64,000 nt of DNA from an uncultured Eubacteriales bacterium (GTDB taxonomy: Bacteria; Bacillota; Clostridia; Oscillospirales; CAG-382), in NCBI GenBank assembly GCA_934479825.1, contig CAKSOW010000002.1, positions 95,399 through 159,398 of the forward strand, given 5' to 3'. Positions 7,084-15,245 of this stretch are shown piece after piece. The notes under the pieces were generated by a model. It was not told the origin of the DNA and made no database searches. It was given only the letters and a program-made list of their open reading frames with translations. Positions within the stretch are counted from its first letter, which is position 1, and the number at the start of each line of letters is the position of its first letter. The position numbers and the translations under genes were made by a program.

Positions 7084-9612
7084 TTAAAACGAGGTCTGCT
7101 CGGTGCGGTTGATAATATCGTCCTGCAAGGACTTGGAGAGCGTAGTGAAAAGCGCGCTGTAACCGGCGACGCGAACCACAAGGCTCTTGTACTTTTCCGG
7201 ATGGGCTTGGGCATCACGCAATGTTTCGCGGCTGACCACGTTGAACTGCATATGCATGCCCTTTTGATCAAAATAGCCGCGGATAAGCGCCACAAAGCTT
7301 TCCAATCCGCTCTTTCCGGCAAGTGCCGACGGGTGGAATTTCATGTTGAACAACGTTCCGTTGGAGGCAATGCCGTGATCAAGCTTGGCAACCGAGTTTG
7401 CGGAAGCCGTCGGGCCATGGGTATCCATGCCGGCAGACGGAGAAACACCGTCCGCAACCGGGGTATGGGCATACCGTCCGTCAGGAGTTGCGCCGGTCTG
7501 TGCACCAAGCGGTACATTGGCGGAAACCGGATAAAGACCTGCCTGGAAAATTCCGCCGCGCGGATTTTTGTAGGTTTCCAACGGTTTGGTATAGGTATAT
7601 GCCGCTTCTCTTGCCAATTCATCCACTTCGGGAACGTCATTGCCGAATTTATCGACCGACAGAATCATTTCGCGGATCTCTTTATAGCGTGCGCTGTCCG
7701 CTGTATGGAGGGTGCGGCGCACGGATTCATAGATCTGTCCCACTTCGGTTTCGGTGACGGTCTGCCCCTTGGCGGCCAGCGCGGCAGCGACCTGTTCGGT
7801 CACGGCCTTTACGGCGTCAGCCGACGAATCCTTGCCGAAGTTATGGACGAGCGCCTCTTTCAACTCCGAAAGGGAAAATTTCTTCTGATCGTAGACTAAT
7901 GTTTTTATCGCGTACAGCGAATCGGCAATATTGGCAATACCAAAGCCCTGCGGACCAGTGAAGTTGTAGATTGCCCCGCCCTGCTCCGGCGTTTTGCCGC
8001 GTCCGATACAATCCTCTACCATAGAGGAAAGATACGGCAGCGGGCAACGCTCGGCATGCGCCATATCGATGGCGTTGTCGGCATTGACAAGCAGGGCGAT
8101 CATATATTTCATCTGCTTTTTATATGCGTCAAAGAACTTTTCAAACGTATCAAACTCACCGATATCGCCGGTAGAAAGTCCTACCTTTTCGCCCTCATCC
8201 ATACCGTTTGAAAAAACAAGTTCCAGCGGACGGCACATATTGAAGAACGCCGCGTCGTGCCAACCCCATGTTTTTCCGGCTTTCTGCGGCTCTACACAGC
8301 CGATGATGTTGTATTCGCGCGCATCTTCAAGCGTTACGCCGCGCGACATGAGCGCCGGAATAATGACTTCGTCGTTATAATAAGCCGGAAGTCCCACGCC
8401 GGTGCGCGTAACTTCGGCGGCACGCAGAAGAAAATCATGCGGCGATTTGTTCCAGACGCGGATCGAGAACGACGGCTGCGGCAAAAGAACGTGCAGGGTT
8501 GCGTTGATACACATAAACGAAAGATCGTTGGTCGCGTCCTCGCCGTCTGCTGTCTGACCGCCGGCGATGAGGTTCTGGAACAGGCTGTAACCGGCAAAGC
8601 CTTCGGCGCTTGCGGCGTCGCGAACCTTGTTGAGGTCGTTGAGCTTGACCCAGATGCAGTCCATAAGTTCTTGCGCAAATTCACGCGTAATAGCGCCTTT
8701 GTCCAAGTCTGCCTTGAAATAAGGATACATATATTGGTCAAACCGGCCGGGCGAAATGGAATGGCCGCTCGATTCGGTCTGCAATAACATCTGCACAAAC
8801 CAAAAACTCTGGCAGGCTTCATAGAAGTTTGCTGCGCCGTTTTCCGGAACATTGTCGCAATTGTGCGCGATCTGTTCCAGTTCCGCCTTGCGCACGGCGC
8901 TCGTTTCCCTGGCCGCCATTTCCCGTGCAAGCGACGCATAGCGGTGCGCATAGGTGATTGCCGCTTCGCAGCTCATTTCGACCGCTTTCAAGAATGCATG
9001 CCGCGACGCATAGTCCGCGTCACCCGGATCAAGTTTCGCCAAAGAGGCGCGTACTTCTCCTAAGATGCCCTTGTAACCGATGGCGAGCACTTTATCGTAT
9101 TGGACCGTTACATGTCCGACCCCGTTATAAAAATAGTTGCCGGGGGTAAACATATTGTGCGCCATGGCAAGCGATGCCTCGGGCGCGAGATAAGAGGTGG
9201 CAAGTTCGCTTGTGGTCTTGCCTTTCCAATATTTATAGACTTCATGCAGCGTCTTTTTTGTTTCCTCGGATATGTAGAACGGGTCGGCCTTACGCGTCGC
9301 CACCGTATCGAATTCGGCCTCTAACCACTCAAACGAGAATTCCGGGAACACCTGACAGCTGCGCGGCATTTTTGTATTACTGCCGACAACCAGTTCGTTG
9401 TCGCGTATGGTAATCGGCAAAAACTCACAGATATTCTTGAACGCCTTGGCGCGGCGCATGATAATCGGCTCGCCCTCGGTCTTTTGATAGGATTCCGTGA
9501 GAAGTACGGCGCGATCCGCCTCAATTTCGGGCGGCGTGACAAAAAGTGCTTCCTTTAATTTGTCAATACGCGCAGTCTTTTCAATATAATCGCTGTAATA
9601 ACGGTTCAACAT
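7084..9612 (-). CDS. Glycyl radical enzyme, diol-dehydratase class (most likely B12-independent 1,2-propanediol dehydratase)
   Basis: About 842 aa. The glycine-radical motif VVRVAGYSALFTTLS is at the C-terminus and the catalytic NIIGCVEPQ (Cys/Glu) is present. The track start at 9618 is GTG. ATG at 9612 follows GAGGTGAAG and is preferred. The substrate call rests on locus context (an aldolase with an encapsulation peptide) and on my remembered similarity to the Roseburia enzyme, which I did not verify. Confidence 0.85.
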   Translation of the reverse strand: MLNRYYSDYIEKTARIDKLKEALFVTPPEIEADRAVLLTESYQKTEGEPIIMRRAKAFKNICEFLPITIRDNELVVGSNTKMPRSCQVFPEFSFEWLEAEFDTVATRKADPFYISEETKKTLHEVYKYWKGKTTSELATSYLAPEASLAMAHNMFTPGNYFYNGVGHVTVQYDKVLAIGYKGILGEVRASLAKLDPGDADYASRHAFLKAVEMSCEAAITYAHRYASLAREMAARETSAVRKAELEQIAHNCDNVPENGAANFYEACQSFWFVQMLLQTESSGHSISPGRFDQYMYPYFKADLDKGAITREFAQELMDCIWVKLNDLNKVRDAASAEGFAGYSLFQNLIAGGQTADGEDATNDLSFMCINATLHVLLPQPSFSIRVWNKSPHDFLLRAAEVTRTGVGLPAYYNDEVIIPALMSRGVTLEDAREYNIIGCVEPQKAGKTWGWHDAAFFNMCRPLELVFSNGMDEGEKVGLSTGDIGEFDTFEKFFDAYKKQMKYMIALLVNADNAIDMAHAERCPLPYLSSMVEDCIGRGKTPEQGGAIYNFTGPQGFGIANIADSLYAIKTLVYDQKKFSLSELKEALVHNFGKDSSADAVKAVTEQVAAALAAKGQTVTETEVGQIYESVRRTLHTADSARYKEIREMILSVDKFGNDVPEVDELAREAAYTYTKPLETYKNPRGGIFQAGLYPVSANVPLGAQTGATPDGRYAHTPVADGVSPSAGMDTHGPTASANSVAKLDHGIASNGTLFNMKFHPSALAGKSGLESFVALIRGYFDQKGMHMQFNVVSRETLRDAQAHPEKYKSLVVRVAGYSALFTTLSKSLQDDIINRTEQTSF

Positions 9613-9690
9613 CTTCACCTCGCAAAGATTTCAGACAGTCTGACGTGACATATCCCAAGGCAAATTTCTCCACCTTTTCATTCTGCATAC

Positions 9691-9719
9691 AGTATAACGC
9701 ATTTATTTGGGATTGTCAA
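9691..9719 (-). promoter_or_regulatory. SigA-type promoter of the GRE operon
   Basis: Minus strand: TTGACA (9714-9719), a 17-nt spacer, then TATACT (9691-9696). It lies about 80 nt upstream of the GRE start. Confidence 0.75.
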
Positions 9720-9747
9720 GTGTTTTTCTGAAAAACATGTCGCTTTC

Positions 9748-9780
9748 ATGTTGTTTTGTACAAATTTTGTGTTGTTTTGT
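9748..9780 (-). promoter_or_regulatory. Direct-repeat candidate operator (ACAAAACAACAC - 9 nt - ACAAAACAACAT) upstream of the GRE promoter
   Basis: Minus-strand 12-mers lie at 9769-9780 and 9748-9759 with 21-bp periodicity. The proximal repeat ends 28 nt from the -35. Confidence 0.5.
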
Positions 9781-9793
9781 GAATTTTTCGAAA

Positions 9794-10120
9794 TTACTCA
9801 AACAAGCCGATAAGGCAATCCAAAAAAGCGTCCTCACCAACTGTGTTCAACTTGAAAAAGACCGCCTGACTGCCGCCGGAAGTAATGCCGGTCAGGAACA
9901 AATCCCCGTCCGTGCCAACCAACGTCACATTCAGCGAAACACGGTTACCGCCGAACGCACTGTAACGCTCGTAAACGCGCACGGCACAGCGCACGCCGTT
10001 CCCCTCCCAGTCACTGCCGTCCTCATAACTGGCCGACAGACTGCTATCCAAAATTCCGCTATGTATTTTATCCAGTGTTTCCGAAAAAGTGCCGGTAAGG
10101 CCTCTGGTGTAAATCGCCAT
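9794..10120 (-). CDS. Hypothetical 108-aa protein
   Basis: ORF with a GAGAGGA RBS 5 nt upstream of the ATG. I recognise no motif. Confidence 0.55.
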   Translation of the reverse strand: MAIYTRGLTGTFSETLDKIHSGILDSSLSASYEDGSDWEGNGVRCAVRVYERYSAFGGNRVSLNVTLVGTDGDLFLTGITSGGSQAVFFKLNTVGEDAFLDCLIGLFE

Positions 10121-10145
10121 GTTTTTCCTCTCTTTTTTTATGCTT

Positions 10146-11147
10146 TTACGCTTTCTTAACAGTCACGATAACATGTCCGCTGTTATCGCCTGAAAGCGTG
10201 TACATGTCCGCCGACGCCGGAACAGGAACCTGCGTGCCGTCCGCATTCACGGCGACGCTGTATATTTCATAAAGCGAACCGGTCGCTTCGTCGCTTACCG
10301 AAAGATGTGCGCTTTCAAACGGATATAACGCAAGCGTGTCGATATATTCTTCGAGCGAAAGGTTGTTTTTGTACATATACTCCGCATGCGGCACGCCGAC
10401 ATAGCGGAAATGCCACGATTCGGGGCTGATACCGGTAATGCTTTCCTTGCCCTCGGCATAACGCAGAACGAAACCATATTTATGCGCGTTTTCGTAGATC
10501 CACGCATAATCGCCCTCGCCGACAAACGTCGATATGACGCCGTCTATGTACAAATCCATATCCATGGCATAACCGGTATGATGTTCCGACGCACCGGGCG
10601 TTTGCGCAATAGTCTGCTCTGCGCCGAGAGCGGCGATCTTCTCATTCAGTATTTCTTGCTGTTCTTCATACGAGCGGAGACCTTCCAGAATAATCAACGT
10701 TTTCTTGCCGCCCTGATACGCCGAAAAATCATCCAGCATTCTGTTGAGCGCCGCCACAGCCTCCGTATTCATCGAAACATTGATATCACGCACCGAATAG
10801 CTTCTGGTTTTATTGTAATAAACGCTGACGTTTTCCGTTACCGGAACCACACTCGGCACATTATCAAACACAAAAGCATGCGTGCTGTTGACTAAAATCA
10901 GGGTGCCGGAATGCGTATCAGACGTATTTGCCGTTATGTACTGATATCCCTCCGGCAAAACGTTTTTGGGTTCTTCTTCCTTTTCGCCGTTTTCATCGGT
11001 CCCGGCGTTATCCGTTATATTGTCCGTAATCGGATAGTTCGGCTCGGGAATATCGCTTGTAAAGATCTGTGAATACACATAGACATTGGCAAAAACCAAG
11101 CAGGTAATAAGGACATAGACAAAGGTAGAAACCGGACTTTTATTCAT
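10146..11147 (-). CDS. Membrane-anchored M15 (VanY-like) D-alanyl-D-alanine carboxypeptidase
   Basis: Has an N-terminal TM helix. SEHHTGYAMDMD and ESWHFRYVG are the VanY/M15B Zn-peptidase motifs. Confidence 0.8.
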   Translation of the reverse strand: MNKSPVSTFVYVLITCLVFANVYVYSQIFTSDIPEPNYPITDNITDNAGTDENGEKEEEPKNVLPEGYQYITANTSDTHSGTLILVNSTHAFVFDNVPSVVPVTENVSVYYNKTRSYSVRDINVSMNTEAVAALNRMLDDFSAYQGGKKTLIILEGLRSYEEQQEILNEKIAALGAEQTIAQTPGASEHHTGYAMDMDLYIDGVISTFVGEGDYAWIYENAHKYGFVLRYAEGKESITGISPESWHFRYVGVPHAEYMYKNNLSLEEYIDTLALYPFESAHLSVSDEATGSLYEIYSVAVNADGTQVPVPASADMYTLSGDNSGHVIVTVKKA

Positions 11148-11365
11148 AATATTTCAGTATGTTCCTTTCAGTTTTCTAGTATCTATTATACCGCATCCGG
11201 CGGCAAAAGATATGAACATTTCTTTAACCTTTGCAAAAAATGTTGTATTCTGTCGGTTTATGCAAGAGAATAAACAATCTTCTCACACAACATTTTCAAA
11301 ACAAACAATTACATCCCGGCTGTTTCGTGCTACACTGTACAAAATCAACAAAAGAAGGTGTTTTT

Positions 11366-12232
11366 ATGCCCGAAAGCAATGCTTATTCTTTTCCGCGAAC
11401 AACCGTCGGCGGTCTGTCGGTATCCCGTTTCATCATCGGTACAAACTGGATGGCCGGATGGAGTCATACCGGAAAAGCGGCAGACTGCATGATAAAAGAT
11501 CATCATCACAGCGTCGAAACGCTCTGCCCCATGCTGGAAACCTTTTTGAACGCCGGTATTGATACCATGATGTGCAGTTTTCAGGTGACACCGGTCATTG
11601 TCAAGGCGATTCGCATGACCGAGCAGAAATTAGGCAGAAAAATCATTCTCATCGACACGCCCGGCATCGACGTAACCGACAGCGCCGAAGGGCGGAAAAA
11701 TGCAGAAAATACCATTCGTGCCTCCAAAGAACTGGGCGCGGACTTCTGTCTGATCCATCACAGCAGTGCAGAACAGTTGGTCAACAAGGAAAAACGCGAG
11801 ATCCGCCGGATCGGCGACTATACCGCCATGATCCGCGAACAAGGCATGATTCCCGGACTTTCCGCGCACATGCCGGAACTCATCGTTTACAGCGACGAAA
11901 ACGGCTACGATGTGGAGACGTATATACAGATCTACAACTGTATGGGATTTCTCATGCAGGTAGAAATCGAAACGGTCAACCGCATCATCCGAAATGCCAA
12001 AAAGCCGGTCATGACCATCAAGCCCATGGCCACCGGACGCACAACGCCGTTTGTCGGTCTTAACTTCTCCTGGGCCACCATTCGCGACTGCGATATGGTC
12101 ACGGTCGGCTGTTTCAACGAAATGGAAGCGGCCGAAGATATTGAAATCTCCCGCGCCGCCCTTGAAAAGCGCGGTGCGAACTTAGAAGCGCGGAGCAGCC
12201 CCGTTCAGGCACAGGTAGCGTTTGGAAAATAA
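11366..12232 (+). CDS. Hypothetical protein (possibly a TIM-barrel enzyme)
   Basis: ATG at 11366 is preceded by GAAGGTG. The track start at 11231 gives an unlikely N-terminal extension. No recognisable catalytic motif. Confidence 0.55.
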   Translation: MPESNAYSFPRTTVGGLSVSRFIIGTNWMAGWSHTGKAADCMIKDHHHSVETLCPMLETFLNAGIDTMMCSFQVTPVIVKAIRMTEQKLGRKIILIDTPGIDVTDSAEGRKNAENTIRASKELGADFCLIHHSSAEQLVNKEKREIRRIGDYTAMIREQGMIPGLSAHMPELIVYSDENGYDVETYIQIYNCMGFLMQVEIETVNRIIRNAKKPVMTIKPMATGRTTPFVGLNFSWATIRDCDMVTVGCFNEMEAAEDIEISRAALEKRGANLEARSSPVQAQVAFGK

Positions 12233-12792
12233 CAAGGAAAACCGGCCGTTGTATCTTTTGATGCAATCGCCGGTTTTATTTTTTTGTCATGCGTATAAAT
12301 CCGGTATCCCTCCTGCAAGGCGGAAAAGAAAGCAACAGCTCCGATGAGCATTGCCGGCATTGCCGGTTCGGTAAAATACAGCGACAACGGAAATATGAAG
12401 AGCAAAAGACCTGTCAACCGGTTAGCCAAGGTATGCAACACAAAAAAGCGCCCACAGCGGATTTTTGCACTAACCAAATTGATGCCTCGCAGAACGGCAA
12501 TAGCCGCACAGCCATACCATATCCGCACCGGGCATTCTTCGCTTATACGGGGAACCAACTTTACCGCACTTGCCGAAAGAAACACAAAATCTGCCAAAGA
12601 ATCGAATTTCGCTCCGAAATCGCTTTCCAACTTCCATGTGCGCGCAACAACTCCGTCTGCCATATCGGTCAATCCGCAAAGCAGATAAAGGGCGGTAAAT
12701 GGAAGTGAAAACGGCTTAAAAGCCAAAAGAAAAATGCTGAAAAGCAACCGAGATCCGGTCAACAGATCCGGCAGAAGCCGGACATACCGCAT
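12205..12792 (-). CDS. CDP-alcohol phosphatidyltransferase family protein
   Basis: Motif DMADGVVARTWKLESDFGAKFDSLAD = D(x)2DG(x)2AR...G(x)3D(x)3D. Multiple TM helices. ATG at 12792 has a GAAAGGAG RBS. The 3' end overlaps the convergent upstream gene by 28 nt. Confidence 0.85.
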   Translation of the reverse strand: MRYVRLLPDLLTGSRLLFSIFLLAFKPFSLPFTALYLLCGLTDMADGVVARTWKLESDFGAKFDSLADFVFLSASAVKLVPRISEECPVRIWYGCAAIAVLRGINLVSAKIRCGRFFVLHTLANRLTGLLLFIFPLSLYFTEPAMPAMLIGAVAFFSALQEGYRIYTHDKKIKPAIASKDTTAGFPCYFPNATCA

Positions 12793-12900
12793 ACAGACCT
12801 CTCCTTTCACAGCTTTTTTTACAGTATAACACGAAAAAACAGATTTGTCCACTCTGCCCGTCCCCGATAATACATTTTTCAAAAAAATACGAAAAACCTA

Positions 12901-12929
12901 TTGACAAGTTATCGTTTCTGTGATATAAT
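12901..12929 (+). promoter_or_regulatory. Consensus SigA promoter of rplJ-rplL
   Basis: TTGACA (12901-12906), a 17-nt spacer, then TATAAT (12924-12929). Confidence 0.85.
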
Positions 12930-13111
12930 TCCCATGTTGACCTAAGAAAACAGGTAACGCAAGTTCTAACGAAACTTTCCGGTTTCGCCTGTCGAGGAAG
13001 ATGTCAGAAAGATATATGGCACACACGTTTTTCGCAGTGCTCATATGAATATCTCTCATTGTCCTTATTCTTGGTCGAATATGGGCATTTTTTATTTGGG
13101 AGGTGAAACAT
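12930..13111 (+). promoter_or_regulatory. rplJ 5' leader (ribosomal protein L10-leader-type autoregulatory element, candidate)
   Basis: A 180-nt untranslated leader between the consensus promoter and rplJ. A terminator-like hairpin (GCUCAUA 13039-13045 pairs with UAUGGGC 13080-13086) is followed by UUUUUU (13088-13093), just before the SD. The family assignment comes from position only. Confidence 0.45.
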
Positions 13112-13624
13112 ATGCCTAGCGCAAAAATTCTCGAACAAAAGCAAAAAATGGTCGCAGACCTCGCTGAAAAGATGAAAAACGCCAAGAGCGGCGTCATCGT
13201 CGATTACTGTGGGATCACCGTTGAAAAGGACACTGCGCTTCGTGCAGAGCTTCGTAAGGCAGGTGTTGATTACAAGGTAATCAAGAACACCTACATTCAC
13301 AAGGCCGCCGACATTGCCGGTCTCGAAGGTTTGGATCCGTATCTCGAAGGTATGACCGCTTTTGCTATTTCCGACGAAGATCCGCTCGCTCCTGCCAAGA
13401 TCCTTTGCAAGTTTGCCGATGATAACGACAACTTCAAGATCAAGGTCGGTATGATGGACGGCGCAATCATGCACGAATCCGAAATCAAGGAACTTGCTAA
13501 GATTCCGTCCAAGGAAGTCCTTATCGGAAAGATCCTCGGAAGCATCCAGTCGTCTCTGTACGGTCTCGCTTATGTACTTCAAGCAAAGATCGACAAGGAA
13601 GGCGGAGCGGAAGCAGCCGAATAA
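13112..13624 (+). CDS. rplJ: 50S ribosomal protein L10
   Basis: MPSAKILEQKQKMVADLAEKMKNAKSGVIVDYCGITV... with RBS GGGAGGTG 6 nt upstream. The track start at 13103 is an upstream GTG. Confidence 0.95.
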   Translation: MPSAKILEQKQKMVADLAEKMKNAKSGVIVDYCGITVEKDTALRAELRKAGVDYKVIKNTYIHKAADIAGLEGLDPYLEGMTAFAISDEDPLAPAKILCKFADDNDNFKIKVGMMDGAIMHESEIKELAKIPSKEVLIGKILGSIQSSLYGLAYVLQAKIDKEGGAEAAE

Positions 13625-13711
13625 GCCTTATCGCTTAACTGAGTCCGGCAGAGGACTCATCCAAAACATCTGCGAAAAACAAAATATATCAATAAACGGA
13701 GGTAACTCAAA

Positions 13712-14089
13712 ATGGCATCTGAAAAGTCTATGCAGATTCTTGAAGAAATCAAGACCCTTACTATACTCGAACTCGCTGACCTCGTAAAGGCACTCGAAGA
13801 GGAATTCGGCGTATCCGCAGCTCCCGTCGCTGTTGCAGGCGCAGCCGCTCCCGCAGCTGGTGCAGCCGCAGAAGAACAGACCGAATTCAACGTAATCCTT
13901 GCAGCAGCCGGCGACAGCAAGCTCGGCGTTATCAAGGTTGTTCGTGAAATCACCGGCCTTGGCCTTAAAGAAGCAAAAGACCTCGTTGAAGGCGCTCCCA
14001 AAGCCCTCAAAGAAGGCGTTTCCAAGGAAGAGGCAGAAGACCTCAAAGCAAAGCTCACCGCAGCCGGCGCTACCGTCGAGATCAAGTAA
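13712..14089 (+). CDS. rplL: 50S ribosomal protein L7/L12
   Basis: 125 aa with an Ala-rich hinge and C-terminal [23 protein letters not shown]... Confidence 0.97.
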   Translation: MASEKSMQILEEIKTLTILELADLVKALEEEFGVSAAPVAVAGAAAPAAGAAAEEQTEFNVILAAAGDSKLGVIKVVREITGLGLKEAKDLVEGAPKALKEGVSKEEAEDLKAKLTAAGATVEIK

Positions 14090-14109
14090 GTTTTTGCAAA
14101 ATGCAAAAA

Positions 14110-14138
14110 GACTGTCGCAATTGCGACAGTCTTTTTTT
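14110..14138 (+). terminator. Rho-independent terminator of rplJL
   Basis: Perfect palindrome GACTGTCGCAA/TTGCGACAGTC followed by TTTTTTT. Confidence 0.9.
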
Positions 14139-14237
14139 CTTCTAAACATTTTTTGAGAAAAGCATTGACATCCGTTTTCCGGCGTGTTATCCTATAAAAA
14201 ACACATTTTCCATGAGAATACGGAAAAATCGGAGTGA

Positions 14238-15135
14238 GAAAAAATAAATTTAAGCGTAACAGTCGAATACGGTTTGCAGGATTGGGAAATCAAATGTCAG
14301 AAAGACGGAAAGGCCGACATTGTTGTCGGAGGAAGCTATATACCGTCTGAATCCCCGGATTCTATCAACAAAATCTGGTTAAGGATTCTGGAAGAGGATA
14401 CCGGCATTCAGGTCACCCCCTGGCAAACAGCCGACAAAGGCGAAAGCCATTCTGTGGTATCAGGGATGCTCCGACACCGGGAATCCCGATTATGAAGCCG
14501 ATTTCCGAGAATTTGTTGAAGAAGCAAGAAAGGCTTTCCGGAATGATGAGCTCCCGATCTACACCTTTCAGTTAAATTCCCATTTAGACAGTCGAAAAGA
14601 TATTGCGCAATACAGCGGCAAATGGGACAGAATCCGCGAAATTCAGCGAACAGCGCCGTACCGTTTTCATGACGTATATGTCATTCCGACCATCGACGCA
14701 CAGCTGTCGGACGGGATTCACAACCGACGAGCCGACAACGTTATGCTGGGCGAACGATTGGCCAATTATGTTTTACGGTACAGCTATGGGAAAGAATACT
14801 ATCCGATTGCGCCCGAATTATCGGAAGTAATTGCCGATGGCAAGGAAATCACTCTTACTTTCAAAAATATCGTCAGCCGCCTTATGACATTCCATGCTGA
14901 CGGAAACGATATACCGATCGGGATTGAAGATGAAAACGGCAAGAATCCCATTGTATCGATTGCAGAAGACATCGACCGCTTAAATCTGGTGTGTGAACGT
15001 GAATTTCAGGGCGATGTGTTTGTTTCGTGCCAATGCGGAGCAAGAAACCGAAGCTATATTCACGTCCTTGGCACCTCTATGCCCACTTGCGTTTTCTACA
15101 AGGTAAAAGCGCAAAAGGCGAGCAAAAACGGTTAA
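14238..15135 (+). pseudogene. Degraded sialate-O-acetylesterase-like (SASA/SGNH carbohydrate esterase) gene
   Basis: A promoter-like TTGACA-17-TATCCT lies at 14165-14193. The N-terminal frame (..VEYGLQDWEIKCQKDGKADIVVGG..) stops at 14493-14495. A second frame (14383-15135) reads ..KAILWYQGCSDTGNPDYEADF..DGIHN..., which is the C-terminal half of a SASA domain. It has no start codon, and the GQSN catalytic-Ser segment is missing. Confidence 0.6.
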
Positions 15136-15170
15136 CCCTTGTTCTCCTTTTTACAAGCGAATATAAAAAG

Positions 15171-15245
15171 TCCGGTCTTTTGAAACCGGACAAAAAATAA
15201 GATTCTTGCGCGACAGTCTGAAATATCAGACTGTCGCGCATTTTT
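15171..15245. terminator. Two hairpins forming a bidirectional terminator region
   Basis: TCCGGT-N8-ACCGGA (15171-15190) has flanking A and T runs. A 14-bp stem TGCGCGACAGTCTG/CAGACTGTCGCGCA (15207-15240) is followed by TTTTT on the plus strand. The region lies between the pseudogene and the convergent M23 gene. Confidence 0.75.

Noticed and set aside
7084-9612. The GRE as choline trimethylamine-lyase (CutC), pyruvate formate-lyase or another GRE class.
   Set aside because: It has GCVEP (single Cys plus Glu) rather than the PFL Cys-Cys. The locus carries a fuculose/rhamnulose-phosphate-type aldolase with an encapsulation peptide rather than choline-associated genes. The sequence also resembles what I recall of the Roseburia propanediol dehydratase. 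This rejection is tentative until a phylogeny is run.
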